A stretch of 64,000 nucleotides of DNA from Azolla caroliniana (GCA_043228905.1 JBHGNT010000001.1:6758001-6822000); one strand, 5' to 3'; shown: positions 38,816 to 53,299, counted from the stretch's first letter. Notes: generated from the sequence alone by a model not told the origin. Numbers and translations: made by a program.

Positions 38816-40960
38816 TTAGCATGACAATGTAGACAAAAGCTTGGCTCCTTGAATGAGCCCTTTAACAAGAATATCATGAATTGTGATGAAACTCTCTCTG
38901 CGAATAATTCTCAATCTTTGTTGCTGTGATAATCTATCTTTTGGTGGCTTCATACAGTCATGAAACTTCTCCAGATCTCCTATTTGAAGGTAGACCCATG
39001 CCATAGTCCATAATGTCTCTGGAAGTGGCATTATTCCAGCCTCCCTCATACTTGTAAAGATTTGCATAGCTGACATGGTATTACCCGAGTGACTGTATGT
39101 TTTTATGAGAGACGTAAAGCATCGAGCGTCTGGATTGCCGCCACATTCAATATAAGAGTGGAAAACGTAATGTATCTCGTCAAATTTCCCAGCCAATCTC
39201 AACATATCCATGAGCAAAGTACATGACGAAGCCTCTAGAACATAGCTTTCTTGCAGCATATTTTCTAGCAAGAAAATAGCTTTTTCGTGCCATTTTGCAA
39301 GAGAATAAGCATCCATCAAAGCCGTAAAAGTCTCTTGATTAGGAGGCTCTGATATAGAGTCTTTCATGTAGTTGAATACCCACAATGCAGCTCCCGCATT
39401 CTTAGCAATGGAAAAATCTTTGATAATAAAATTGAACGTGATAAGAGAGAACTTAGCACCTTCTTCTCGCATTTCAATCAGGAGCGAGCGAAGAGGTGGA
39501 AACATGTCATTTCTTGAAAGGATTCTCAACATTGTTATCTGGTTAAAAAGGTCATGTTTCAGACCTTGTTCCAAGGTTAGCCAATGAAAAAATTTCCATG
39601 CGATAATTGGCTTTTGGATGCGCCTCGATAACACTTCATAGATTGTCTCATGGGTCCACTTGATTTTTGCTTGTTTAAGGGCCAAGACGGTCAAGGGATT
39701 CCATGTTTTTAGAATTTTTTCCATGTGTAAGTGACTAGGATTCTCTCCACCAAGATTCCTTCCACTAAGATTCTTTCCACTAGCACCATACAACTCGGAG
39801 CCTTCTGTAGACAGGTATCCAGATGCAACTTTTTCCATTAGTTCTTCCTCTGAAAGCTCAGGCCACACTTCTTTGCCAAATAATAAAGCTTGTTTCTCCC
39901 CACATTCCTCATAAATTCTCCTGATACCATTGCAAAATGGGTAACCAGGGCGATCACATACAAATCGCAAGTGCTTACTGAACTTCTTCAACACCATGAC
40001 ATTACTGAGCTTAGCATGTGCTACCATCAGGGAAGCATATGAAATCATAGTTGGAAACATATCGATTTTTATCATGTGCTCAACAATTGCATCAGCATCA
40101 TCTAACTTGCCAAATTCTACAAGATGGTCAATAAAGATCGATACAGTTCTTGGGTTTGGATCAAGCCCAGCGTCTATCATCTCGGAGAAATGCTTGATAG
40201 CTTCATCAAACCTCTTTGCTTTAGCATATATATCGATCACAGATGTCCATAATGAGGCTGACGGCTTGATTTCATCATTCTTTGCATCTTCCCAATAAGA
40301 CATTACTCCATCAAAGTCACCACCACATGCTGACCAATACATCACATCACGGTACAACATGGAACGGATATTACAACCTGAATGTCGCACCTCATCGAAC
40401 TGATCTCGCATTAGGGAGAATTTTCTGGATTCCCCTAGAGCATCTATGAATGCATGATATGTTCTAAAGTCATGAAAAAAACCTTGTGTTTTGAGCCAAT
40501 TGAAGAACTGTATGGCTACTTCTATTTGAACTGTTTTTATGGCTTTTATCACCACATGGGCATTCATGGATGATAAATAGAATTTTAATTCTCTCTCTGT
40601 TTCTTCACACCATTGACTCTTACAAAGAATTTCACATACCTTACCTATTGTTTTGGACTCTCCAGAACGCCATGGTAGGTACTCTTCTTCATCCTTTGCT
40701 TCCAAGGAGAAATTGCGCCTTGACACAAGAGACGTTCTCCTTGAAATATTACATAAACAGCAGCTGCATTTAAAACCTAATCCTACGTCGAACACCAACT
40801 TATTTACATGTTTGCTTGCATTTCGATGCACATGGCAAGCTCCTTGTGAGAGAACTTTGTGACGATGAATTGACGTTGAGGCCTCCATAGCCGAAGGACC
40901 ATTGATAAAGGAGGAAACCCTACACAGAAACAGAGTAAAGTTTCCCCTGTTCTTGCCCAT
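38816..40960 (-). CDS. P-class pentatricopeptide repeat protein (resembles At5g66631-type), intronless
   Basis: 714-aa ORF with an N-terminal transit-like region and 35-aa PPR motifs (FFNWLKTQGFFHDFRTYHAFIDALGE, PSASLWTSVIDIYAK, PNPRTVSIFIDHLVEFGKLDDA, AWKFFHWL..EQGLKHD, PNQETFTALMDAY, PDARCFTSLIKTY). The start could be a later Met. The subfamily call is from memory. Confidence 0.9.
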   Translation of the reverse strand: MGKNRGNFTLFLCRVSSFINGPSAMEASTSIHRHKVLSQGACHVHRNASKHVNKLVFDVGLGFKCSCCLCNISRRTSLVSRRNFSLEAKDEEEYLPWRSGESKTIGKVCEILCKSQWCEETERELKFYLSSMNAHVVIKAIKTVQIEVAIQFFNWLKTQGFFHDFRTYHAFIDALGESRKFSLMRDQFDEVRHSGCNIRSMLYRDVMYWSACGGDFDGVMSYWEDAKNDEIKPSASLWTSVIDIYAKAKRFDEAIKHFSEMIDAGLDPNPRTVSIFIDHLVEFGKLDDADAIVEHMIKIDMFPTMISYASLMVAHAKLSNVMVLKKFSKHLRFVCDRPGYPFCNGIRRIYEECGEKQALLFGKEVWPELSEEELMEKVASGYLSTEGSELYGASGKNLSGRNLGGENPSHLHMEKILKTWNPLTVLALKQAKIKWTHETIYEVLSRRIQKPIIAWKFFHWLTLEQGLKHDLFNQITMLRILSRNDMFPPLRSLLIEMREEGAKFSLITFNFIIKDFSIAKNAGAALWVFNYMKDSISEPPNQETFTALMDAYSLAKWHEKAIFLLENMLQESYVLEASSCTLLMDMLRLAGKFDEIHYVFHSYIECGGNPDARCFTSLIKTYSHSGNTMSAMQIFTSMREAGIMPLPETLWTMAWVYLQIGDLEKFHDCMKPPKDRLSQQQRLRIIRRESFITIHDILVKGLIQGAKLLSTLSC

Positions 40961-40994
40961 AACAAGTTTAGTTTGATGAATGTGTCAGCATTTG

Positions 40995-41240
40995 TATGCA
41001 TCCATCCCTCTCCTTCAAATGAAGGCATGAAGAGAAAAACTTGGAAAACGAAGCAATCCCTCTCCTTAAATTGAAGGCATCAAGAGAAAAACTTGGAAAA
41101 CATGGGAATATCGGAGAGAGTGATGAAGTTCAAGTTCTTTACTCGCTCATGTCTCCATGTCGACAAGAGCTATACCATGAGGGAGTTCTTTACTCGCCTA
41201 TGTCGATGAAAGTTATACCACATGGAGTTCTTTACTTGCC
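40995..41240. repeat. Two short tandem duplications upstream of the PPR gene
   Basis: ATCCCTCTCCTT.AA.TGAAGGCAT.AAGAGAAAA(A)CTTGGAAAAC occurs twice, and AGTTCTTTACT.GC occurs three times with ATGTCGA..AG.TATACCA linkers. Confidence 0.75.
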
Positions 41241-42941
41241 CTTCTCTAGGATAATCAATGTAACTGAGTGCATGGTTAGCCGGAGGATAGGTGTAACCTA
41301 GCAAATAATTCAATAAAAAGTGATAGTTGGTCAGTCAACCAAAAAATATAGCTTTAATGGCAGCCTACGAATATTGCCCATGGTAACATAGACATACATG
41401 ATCGTATAGTGATTCATCTTGTAACATGACCCATTGTAACATTACTAAGCAAACATCTTTGTGTTTAGCTCTATGCTTCTCTATTTGATGAGGAAAGACT
41501 TAGGGGATTGATTGGCATGCAACATTTAAATCGTTTGATGGCACTAATCATCATGACCAACCAATTATTCTAGTTAGTTCCTAAGTACACACATCAAAGC
41601 ACAATCTGATGAAGAGTACACCTATATAGTTACAAAGGATAAGTGAGACACGAGCAAATTGAAATGTACTAATCAAAACTTACAATGTTAACCTAAACTA
41701 TAACAATTAACTTTCCAAATTCTTCATGCAGATCATTTGCAATTCAATTTGATATACGTCCCTAATTCCTCCTAAACAATAGCGCTCCCTTCAAAATACC
41801 ACATCAATTGCATCCACTAATTTGCACACATATCAATAGCTATTCTAAGACACTAAAATATGCCTACGTACTAGTAACATAACAGCAACTTTACTAGGAT
41901 CTACATAATGGCATCTCTTAAAATCTTGCACATTTCAAACACACCCTTAAGGTTTTCCCAGAAACCATGTCTTTGAAAACAATTGCCATATTTTGAGTGT
42001 CATTGACTTTCATAACAGATTAAATGCACCGAGCTTGTCTATCAATATTGCAAGCTACAAAATTCTAATTTTTATAAATCGTTAATCAAGGAAACAATCT
42101 CTTAAATTAGTCACTAAACAAGATTAAATAGTAATTAGTATGACTATTTAACTATCAGTCAAAAACTCTTATCAGTTTGGTCTAACCAATTGTCCAAAGG
42201 TAGCTTGGCAATTCTACCAGAGTCCAATTGTCCACAAAAACCATGCAAATAAAATTGGAAGAAGCGTGTGCAGACAACCAGCAATAATTCATGAGTATAA
42301 CAGTAGAGCAACAAATAGAAATCAAAGAGCTTAAAGCACTCTTTTTCAAGTTCAATACGGGTCTTGATATATAACAGCAAATTTGTTTAGTAAAATATGT
42401 TGCCATACATAAAAAGGACATGGCATTAATCATATATGCTACAACCATCATATATTGTAACTCCCTACATTGAAAGTACAGGTCAATCCTAAAGACTTCA
42501 TATGACTAAAGAAAACAAAGATCAATGTGGTTCACCTACATCACCATGTCTGTTCTATAACAGGGGTTGGGGTTTATATTCAGCCTTCTGTGTTATATTC
42601 ATCAACCCATTCTCCAATTGAATCAAAAAGTTCCATGGTGTCTTCACTTTCCAATGGGACTTTCAGAAAAAACAACACGGCATGTCTATAACAGACACAA
42701 AAAAGGCTCTCTATCAATATAGGAAGGCTTCAAAAGAAAGAAAGAAACACCATGCCATGAAGCAATGAGACAGTGACATCTCATTGTTGTCACAATCTCA
42801 TCGATCATAACAATGTGAATTTGGTTTTTTTCATTCAGGATGGATGGATGGATGGATGGATGTGATTTTGAATCACAAGCAAAGTGCAAAAGAACAATGA
42901 TGTTATAGCCTTTTTCTGCTCTACATTCCATTTAACACTTT

Positions 42942-45900
42942 TTAGTAGTGTGTGTAGACTTCGCCAACCTCAAGCTGATCTGATTTGCCAGCCTCAGCTA
43001 TTGCTTTTGCCGCCGCTTCACCAGGAGGAGGATGATCAAATTTGCATGTTAGTGCATATTTGCAAGTTCCCGTCTTCATGTAAAACGGGCAAGCTTGCTC
43101 ACCCTGAACCATGGAAGATAAGTTTAAAACACATGTATAATACCACATCGTATATGCCATGGAAATATCTTAAATAATATTAATAGTACATAGTAAAAAA
43201 TCACATGGTATATGCCATCAAATATGTTAAAAATGTGGTAAATTGCATATGGTATATGCCATCAAATATGTTAAAAATGTGGTAAATTGCATATGGTATA
43301 TGCACAGAAATATGTTTAAAATGTAAAAAAATATGGTTCATGACATAGAAATATGTTAGAAAATGTACAAATCACAGCATATATATGATTTTATAGAAAA
43401 GATGAAACCCAACAAAAAAGTAGCATTACCTCCCGCCTTGGATATCCAGCAAGTGTAAGTTTGACAGGGTCTACTTGTGCAGCCTCTTTTCTCCCAAGAG
43501 GATGGTGAAATTTGCAGGTGGTTGCAAATTTACAAATACCTGTCTTCATGTAGAACTGAAATCAAGATTACAAACATTATATTAGATTTGCATCTTTTTT
43601 AGTTGCACAATCTATTGTTTCAAAAGAAAATTGTTGTGTAATGTCATTAACATATGTGAGAAGCGGTTATAATTTTTATTTCTAATTTCAATCTTTCATA
43701 CTAAGAAAATGGTACTCAACCTGTTTAGATAAACTTTTGATAAATTAACTAGATGATCTGGTAGATAAATTAATCTTTTAAAAACTAGTAAGAGATAAGA
43801 CTAGACAAAATGCTTCAAAATGGTGGGCAAGAAACTACAATTATAAGAGCAAATTCATCATAAACCAGTGCTTTTGCAAAATAATGACGTTTTTGTTTCT
43901 TTGCTTTATCAATGACAACGCAACGAGCAAAGATATATAAATTTCTGGGACTTAGTACCGCGCATGCAGTTTCACCAGGCCGTTGAGGGAGCATTGCAGT
44001 TTGCATTAAAGACTGCAATCCGAAATCTGTAACTGGTAAACTCATCCCATATTCTGAAAAATTCTGAAACAATAATAATAAACAATTTTCAAGCTCATTA
44101 TAAAAATCAGTTATGAGTAAAGCACATAACATGAGAAACTCTCGAAATAAATGATAAAGAAATCAAGCATATTTAATATCGGAGCGGAGGAAAGCATGTC
44201 ACATTTCTGAAACTTACCCCAGGGAAAATTGAATAATTCCCATAAGCTCCAGGTAATGTGCTCAACACACTTGTTTGATTTTGTGTTCCTATAGTAGACA
44301 TGCTTGCTGTGATGTGAATGCATAACTAAAGGTTAAATTAGATACATGAAAACCTACATATATAATACGAAAGACGTAAGTTACCGTGTATATACAAACA
44401 CATTATATATGTTATGGGGAACAGTTTAAGTTATCCCACGGTACCTGGCTTTTCTGGATGATTGTAGCGACAAGCCGATCCAAATTTGCAGCTGAAGGTT
44501 CGTAATAAATCAAGCAAAAGAGACAAGACCCATCATCCAAACATCATTGGAAGGAACACAAACAAAACGTACTTATGTTCTCTAATCCATAATAATACAA
44601 AAATACTGAGTAAAATATGTAAGTGTTTACACGGCAGTACCTCCCAGTCTTCATGTAAAAGGTGCACTCAGTTTCACCCTGTAATACATTAAACACAAAG
44701 CATGTAAGGTCAAAAAACATTCAAAACGTTTCATCACATAATACAATCAAATAACAATCCGTTCATCTAAATCAAATTAAATTTATATACCGATCACCTT
44801 CTAGACACTTTCACGAGTTAAACCAAAACTTTGATAATCTCTTGCAAGTTAAACCAAAATTCCAATGAATTGTAAAAGTTTGCAGATGCTTACAGGTCTA
44901 ACAGGCAGGCCTTTTGCATTAAATGTAGAAGCAGGCTTCACTGATCCATTTTCACCATGATAATCACCATTAGTTACTATCGAAGAAGAAAGCTTTGTAG
45001 TTGTATAAGTTTTTGCCACGTCTTCATTAGTTCCTTTGTCTTCAGGGTGATTAAACTTGCATTTGGATCCAAATTTGCAAATTCCGGTCTTGACATAGAA
45101 CTAGAGGAGCATAAAAGCTTGTTACATAACAAAGATAAGAAAGAAAATGATTGTAAAGGGAATATCAATAGAAGCAGATAGAAAAGCTTACTGAACAGTC
45201 AGGCTCCCCTGAACGTACTGGCAACACTTCAGATTTACTGGTAGTTGTGGTCGCCTATGCACATCAATGTATCAAAAAAGTGATAATAACTTATCCAAGA
45301 TCAAACAAAGGGAATTCAGTTATTATGAAGGGAGTTTGCAAATTCCAGCAAAAAGAACCACAAAGACAAATGAAGCTTGATAAATTAAACAAAATTTCAT
45401 TCAGAAAGTGACTCAAAATGCAAAAACCAAAAGTCTAACTAAGGGTGATTAATTGAGGACTGCATCTCTCTCTCTCTAAATGTTGACAATTATTCCATCC
45501 TAGTCAATTGTTAGGACAAGAAAAGTAGACAAATCATGCATTAAAGAAAGAATTGATAGAGGCATAAGAAATATCAAAGGAACATTGGTAAGAGGAATAT
45601 CAATGGCTTGACCTGTCTATAGCACAAAGACGTGTTAATGTTAGCATTCATTCAGCAGCGTTTGTTTCAAGTTTTGATCTTATACAATCTATTATGTATT
45701 CCTACTTACCATAAGCTCCCCTCCAAAATCAATCTTAATTACTTTCTTTCATGTTATTCCTTCCACCATGTCTTCACTAGTTCAACACGTTGTCAAGCTC
45801 TTTAATGTTTTTCATGCGTAATATCCCCCTCTATTATATCATCAATACATAGAAGGTATATTATATAGTCAAACTGTCAACGTATACTCTCTTACTATAA

Positions 45901-47949
45901 GTAATTTTCCATAATTGATCTTAATTATTTATTTCATTTTTATCTTCCCTTTTTCAAGATCTTTCATGCCTTCATCCAGAACATCTTCAACATAAATTTT
46001 TATATCCTGCTCTATTACATGTTCCAAGGACTTTGCATTGCCTTCCCATTTATCATCATCAACATGATCCACTTTTGCATTGTTGTGAACATATTCACCA
46101 TATTCAACACCTAAAACACATGTTTTTTATGCCCTCGAGAACCTCAAATACACTAAAAATTTCTAAATCGTGTAGATCTTTGTCAATAAAAATTACTCAA
46201 GAGGGATAAACTCACATTGCTATCATCACAAATACCATGAAAAGCCTTATATCTCCATATTTCTTCAAGATGTCCCCTTTCTCCTTGTGGCTCAAAAATA
46301 TTGCTAAAAAACATCTTGATAGACCTTCATCAAGACCGCTAATATCTTCAGCATAAGATTCACCTTCACCGTCATCATCTATGGTTGCTGCTTCTATACC
46401 ATGTTATCATCACACATATCAGTTTGTGTACCCATAAAACGCTTTATATCTCTGTTTATCTTCAGCATGATCTCTTTTCATCTTGCAGCTCAAAAATATT
46501 GCTAAAACATCTTGAAAGACCATCAAGACCATCAATATCTTCACCATAAGATTCACTTTCACAACCATCATCTGTGGTCGCTTCTTCTATACCATATTCT
46601 CATCACAAATAACTTAAAATGCACTGCCTACTTGCCACATCCAAGATTATCGTCATTCATGCCCAAGCTTAACCATTAGATTTGTATGTATCTTCACCGC
46701 ACTGTATTAAAGTCTTCTATATGGGCTTAAAACCATCAAATCTCCAACAATTGACTTGATTTAGGCCCAAACACAGAATTTAATGGCATCTATACACCCG
46801 TTGAGGAACGGTGTATGTTAGAACTTACTATAGTGAAGTCTGACCACTTCATATGCTACAATATACATGAAAAGTTTGAAGTTTGCTTTCAAACTTTAAC
46901 ATAACGAGGTCAACAAACAGTTTACTCCTAAAACAGATTCCTCCTAAAAAAGAAACTGAAGAGGAAATATGCACACAGATTCAATGCATTGAATAATTTG
47001 TAGCACAATTGGCTTAACTGAACAATGATTTTAAACAGACAATAATTAGAAGTAAAAGAGAAACCTTGAGGAAACGTAATAATACGGCAACAATAAAATG
47101 AAGCCATACAAACATAAAATTCATGAGCTTTACATAATCTTTACACCATAAGACTATCATCACAGTCAAGATGCATAGAAGAATGAAAATCAATGAGGTT
47201 CTATTGTGCTACTCGCATCTCAGAGTCAAAACATAGTTGTATACTTGAAAAACGAACAATCTCACCTTAAGATTTCATGCACCATGAAAGCTAGGAAAAA
47301 GGAAAACAAGAAAAAAATTACAGACACAAGAGAAAAACTGTCTAGAGGGGAGAAAAAGATAAGTCTCCCAAAGCAATGGGGGCAATTAGGACAATCTTAT
47401 AATTAAATGAACTTACTACCATTCCTACCAAGAAACTAACAATTATATTGGATCAACGGTGTGGGTTGGATATTACGTAGCTTTTTCATAATAGAAAACA
47501 CGATTTAACAAATTACAATACACCATATATAGACAAGCTGAAGAACTAGATGTATGAATCCAAACCCTTGATAATAATATAAAAGGAAAACCTTCGAATT
47601 AGACTATAGTGTGGTAAAATGTATCAGAAAGATAATGCCTTCAAAAGGACAGTAAAAGTAAGTATAAAATGCGTTCAGAAAGAAGATAAGAGTAGATGGA
47701 ATCCTTGTCTTAAAAGTAAGTGTATGTGAACATGTATATATAAATGAGGTATTATAAGAGTATGAAGGGTTGCACCTCCTTCCAGTCTGGGATGCCACCA
47801 GCTGGGACCCACGCGGGATGATCATACTTGCACGTAATTCCGTAGCTACACATCCGTGTCCTCATATAAAAAACACAATCTTTTTCTCCAGGTCTTTGAG
47901 GATATATAGGGAGCATCGGAGCCAATTCGAATCTAGCCCTCTTGGACAT
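42942..47949 (-). CDS. HUA1: Tandem CCCH zinc-finger RNA-binding protein, HUA1/C3H37-like (5 fingers seen, about 303 aa from the first in-frame ATG)
   Basis: In-frame GT-AG exons: 47949-47776, 45254-45192, 45100-44894, 44678-44641, 44491-44445, 44053-43959, 43555-43430 and 43103-42942. Signature motifs are [63 protein letters not shown] and [23 protein letters not shown]. An upstream exon probably lies at about 50250-50600; the N-terminus is unresolved. Confidence 0.88.
43195..43370. repeat. About 42-bp intronic minisatellite, about 4 copies
   Basis: ATGGTATATGCCATCAAATATGTTAAAAATGTGGTAAATTGC is repeated, with two near-identical copies. Confidence 0.85.
46220..46612. repeat. About 190-200-bp diverged tandem duplication in HUA1-like intron
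   Basis: GCTCAAAAATATTGCTAAAA.CATCTTGA.AGACC...CATAAGATTCAC..TCAC...CTTCTATACCAT occurs twice (about 46290 and 46488). Confidence 0.75.
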
Positions 47950-50900
47950 TGCATCCCCAGACTTTACCAAAAAGTATAATATATATGTGTCTTTGATTAT
48001 CATATAATTAAATTTTAGATTTAATATCAATGAGTTATTCATATTCATCATAAAATAAACGCATGCAGAATAAGCATAAATAGTTAATACAGAATACGGA
48101 AAACCATCCATGTTTGTTGAAGTATATGCATGAGAGATTGGGCACAAGTACATGAATATACCACCATAAATTACCATAGTAGAATTACCATCATAACATG
48201 ATAGAGAGATATTGTATATATCGTCACACGCAGTATCCAGCAAAGCCCGTGCGATTATTATGTACCAATGCAGAAGAAGAAAAACAAAAGCAGACAAAAA
48301 ATGAATGTCAGATAATTATATATAGCTGATTTTTTAATCAAATATACCATAACTACTGGTATAATATGATGACAGAAGGTTCAAACGATGCCCAAATTTT
48401 AATAACTCTGATACTTAATAATGCACTTCAAAATATTAAGAAAAAACTCGGCCAGAGAGAAAATAGATAATAGAGTCTTGATGAAAATCAAAACCTCGCT
48501 CAAATCTATACCATATCGGTATTTTCATATCATCACTGGAAGGAATATTAGATGATAAATACCAAGGATGCAAAATGCACCTTCAAAATACAATAGTCTC
48601 AGCCCAAGGTTCCAAATCATTTTTTTCTCGTAACAAATTTGTTGTACTTTTGAGCACAAGAAGGTATCATATACATAGATCAATAGTAAATCAATCTCCT
48701 CACTGAAACCTTTGATAAAACCGCTTAAATCAATAGTTCAAGCTTAAAATGATACGTTAAAGAATTTTATTAATATAATGCAATTCAAAAGAATAGCATA
48801 ACTCTCAGCTTGGAAAGAGAATTGGTAAGATGTAACTGGAGAAAACATTCATGCTAAATATATTTATGATTATAGAATGCACTTTAAAGCACTGATTTAC
48901 AAGATGGTATCATGGTTCATGATATATAAACCAACAATAGATTGATCTCATCACTAGAATTCCATGAGACATCCATCTCTTAATTAACTATATTGCATAA
49001 GATCAAATTTAAATATTATAATTCTCTGGTGAACTTTTCTTAACCATGTATAAACTTGAGGAACGATTTTGGAATTTATATGAAAGCATGCACGAGTTCT
49101 TTTTAGCATTCTTTCTTTTGTAGTTAGAAAAATCTAGTTCTTCTATTCAGTTAACATCACATTTTCCAGACTAAATGAGCATGAAAGAAACCCAAACCCA
49201 ATACGGTTTCATTATTCATTAAGAGAATGGAAAACGTTTTATAATTTCGGGTTTCAAGTTCACAAATAGAAAAAAGATGTTCCTAGACAATTACGGTTTG
49301 AGCCCACGAATTGAAAAGACAAACTAAACCATTAGGGTTTTTATTGTTTACACAGAGAAAGGACACACAAAGTAACTTTTTATCATCTAAAATTTCAACT
49401 TCACAAATAGAAAAAGAGATATTTATTGGCTTCTGGATTTTAACCACTAATTGAAATTAGTTTCTTTAAACATTTCGGGTTTAACCACAAACTTAGCATA
49501 GCTATCGCTTAAATCCTATATGTTTAAAGGTTTAAAGGTTTCGACCTCTACACATAACAGAGCTTTTTACCTTTTTGGGTTTCGACCCAAGTTTTTTTAC
49601 AGCATTTGGGGTGTCAATCTCTACATAAGAAAGAGCTTTTAGTCATCTAGAATGTTAATACGGAAAACAGAATAGAAATTCTTTCTCGTTTAGAATTTCA
49701 ATCTAGAAACGTAACACGGATTGTTTTTAACATTTAGAGTTGATCTCACAAACAGAGTATAGCTTTTTTATTGATTAGCGTTTGCTTGCGACTAACAGAA
49801 AACATACGAGTGGCACATTTAATGTTTTATGTTAGCGTTTCAGCCCACAAACAAAAACGAAAGAAACGCCCTTCCTTTCATCATTTCGGGTTTCAAACAT
49901 CAATAAAAATAAAACCAAAGGAGGAACACATGACAACGCAGAAAATGAAGAAGATAATTACAGACTTTTGCCAGGGTTTCTTTTGTTTTTGTTTTTTTTT
50001 TGAAGAGAAGAGAGACTTAGGGTTTCTTGTGAGGCAGTAGAGAACACAGTTTGTTTGTTTTTTTTTAAAAGGAAAACATAAGAGAAAGTAGAATAATTAG
50101 GTTTTCTCAGGTCATGTCTTCTGAAAGAAAACACAGAAATAAAGAAAGAGAAAAGTGTCGAAAGACAGCAAAGTATAAGGGATTTTCTTAGAAATCGAGA
50201 GAGAGAGAGAGAGTGAAAGAAGGGGGGGGGGGGGGGGAGATGAGCATACCTTCTTTCTTCACCAACAGAGCGCTTGAAAGAAGAAGAAGAAGAAGAAAGA
50301 TGAGCCTGGAAACAGAAGGAAGGAGAATATTATTTACTGTTGAAGAAGAAGAGGAAGGGGGGGGGGGGGGGGGGGGGGGGAGCTTCTCGGATTCTGATCA
50401 ATATAGCGATGGCAAAGAGGGCATGGTGTCTGTCTGTCTGTCTGTCTGTCTGCTTCCTTCCTTTCCTTCCCTTCTTCCTTTCCTCCTCCTGTTCTTCTGT
50501 CTGTCTATGAGAGTGAGTGAGAGTAGAGTGAGTGAGAGAGTGAGCCAGCCAGCCAGTCAGTCAGTCAGTCAGTCAGCAGAGAGTCCACTGAGATGAGTGT
50601 GGAGAAGGAGCGGTTCACAAGAAGTAGCCATACCAGAATAAAACCCTAGTTTCATATTGCCAGAGCCAGAGCCGGGTGCTTGCAGGGGTCTCTCGTACAC
50701 CTTTTCAGTTCTCGATCGATCGATGTATGTATGTATGTATGTATATATGTATGTATGTATCGGATCGGACAATGGCTTCCATGGGTCCATTGGTCGATGC
50801 CGCCCCTAAAAAAGTGCTCTCCACATGGTGATGAAATACGTTACGTGGCCAGGTCGATTGACCATATGGGAGTTTGGCTACCAATAGAGAGGCACACACG

Positions 50901-53299
50901 CTCTGCTTTGGGCTCCCTTCTCTGCTCTGAGGCGCACTTCCACTAGTGGGTCGATCTAGTGTCGGGTAGTATATGGCTCGCAATTCATATTGGACCAATT
51001 GCACTTTGCATTCGATTTTTGGTTGATACTATGAGATTGCCCTCGAGTTGAGGCATTGAAACTCTATCCCCAATTATACATGACTGCGTTGGTTCAAGCA
51101 AGAGGCATTTTCATGTGGCTGTTGGCTAGCAATTAGTAGGAGCATATGCTTTGTATTGATTCTCGTCTCTACCTTCAACCTACATCTTGTGCATGTGGAG
51201 GACATTGCTGGGAACAATGTTTCGAAACTAATTAGAGGGGCAACATCGATGGCACCGTCCTAGATTTGTAACTTGCTAACCATGTGGTGGCATTCAAAAT
51301 GCATCATGGTTTTTCTACTGGTTGCTCTACTATGAGAGAAAAACATCATTGCCTCTTTGAAGGCACCATGAACTAATAATGAAACGAATATATATCGAGG
51401 AAATTAAGTTTCGTTTTTTTTTTTGAGGGGTGGGGTGGGGGCTGGATGATAACATGACATCAAGATAAATGACAAAAATTGAAGTTTTAAGTTTAGGGAT
51501 GTTTCTTGCCAACTGTTGAGTGACAACAAGATAGATTATACAAAAGACATATAGTTTTATAGTGTCCACCTCAATTAAGTATTGCATATCACATATGACA
51601 TTGCGGATACGAGGTGATGATTGATGGAATAAAAAAGAACATGGATAGTGTTCATGTTGCTAAAACATTGGTTGTTGAAGCAACAAACTATTTAGCTCAG
51701 TAGACTAATGTGAACCATCCAACCCTGAGCATGAAAAGAGATAATCTAGCGCATGCAGGACAACTCTTATGTTGTTGTAAAAAAAACATCGTATTTGTTA
51801 ATATAGTGCTTTAGCTTTGTTGTCACTCTTGACATTGTGTTATCCACAAAAGCAGAATATTAGGTTTTGGATTGATGCAACTTATGACAAAATGGTTTAG
51901 AAAATGGGATGCATTATAGTTGTATCATGATGTGCCAATAGATTCTTCCATGAACAATACTTTATTGTAATGCATATGTATAATCGCTTTGGGGAAATAT
52001 CTGGAGGTTCGTATTTCACATTCTACTAAACCACATTCTTCTCCAAAGTGGAAATCAACACAGAAACACATGCTAGATCCCATTCTTTGTTTGCCATCCA
52101 CGTCATCATTTCTATATGACTTGACTCGCATTCTCTTTGATGTGACACACGACATTGGAGCACATCCTAACTTGCAAATGTGCGTCGGATCGATGTGTGC
52201 ATTGGTTCAACCTCCAAGGGTTATGGTCAAGAAGATTGATGAGATGCACAAATTTTGAGATGAATAATTTGGCTAAATGAAGTAGCATAAGCTAGGTAGA
52301 GATTTGAACCAAAAACCTTCATACATAGCCAAAAGATGGAGAAAATAGATAAATAACATATAAATAAAGCCTTTTGTATATTCATATTATATTTAGTATA
52401 TTATAAAACTTTAGGATACCTCTAGGCTAAGCATGTGTCCCCACTTGGCGCACATGCTTTAACCTTCTTATGCGCTAATGGTTGCTTGTGCCACCACTTG
52501 CTACACATTCTTCAAATTGGACTTAAGTATTACTAATTAATTCTTTGTAATCTAATTAAAATATGTAAAACAATTTAGCATATATTTATTGCCTTGCTGA
52601 TTTTACATTAATTCGTATACATGAGCTATAAGGTTTGATGCCCACATCAAAATCACAAGGACACTTGTATGTATATTTTACCCTTAACAAGTTTAAGAGT
52701 CTAAACATCACACTTTGATGCGATGCTTTACCTTTGACCATATTTGAGTTGCTTTCCACATTTTGTCCATCCAGTCACTCTTTATGCACAATTTTTCGTA
52801 GTCAAAATGTGCAACATCAATTACAATTTTTTTTTAACATTGAGAGTTTGGCTCTGGGAGTATATTGTATGATCATTCAAAATCTCAATAAAATCATTTG
52901 ACAAATTTCTCTACTATTGGGAAATACTTGAGGAGATTTTCTACGTCAAGGCAAAGTAGAATGAAAGATGAACAAATTCATGCATCCTAATCTAATGTGA
53001 ACAAGCCAATCCCAAGTATGAGATAAGGATCAACGAGGATTTGATTTTTTCAATGTTTGTCATCTCGTAGAACGAGAGAGACAAAGAGTGAGAACTCGTG
53101 TATGGTTTTGCACCTACGATTATGATTAGTGAAACTACCATCTATATGATTTGTATATTAATTTTGTGTTATATCACTATATCTTTGAGTCTTGTGATAT
53201 TATTCTCATGTTATATCACTATCACTAAGTTTGGCTACTTTTTGGAGTCACAATGTAAGATATTTAGGTCTCCAGGGATTACGAAAACCTTTGAGTTGT

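Noticed and set aside
47950-48297. Hydrophobic 116-aa extension upstream of HUA1-like exon
   Set aside because: AT-rich intron read-through with a non-ATG start. An acceptor AG lies at 47962-47963.
50213-50596. 127-aa ORF with poly-Gly/Arg/Glu
   Set aside because: It is a product of G-runs and microsatellites antisense to the HUA1-like 5' region.
52424-52464. Small hairpin GGCTAAGCATGTG...CACATGCTTTAACC
   Set aside because: Too short and imperfect for a miRNA precursor; likely a TE remnant.
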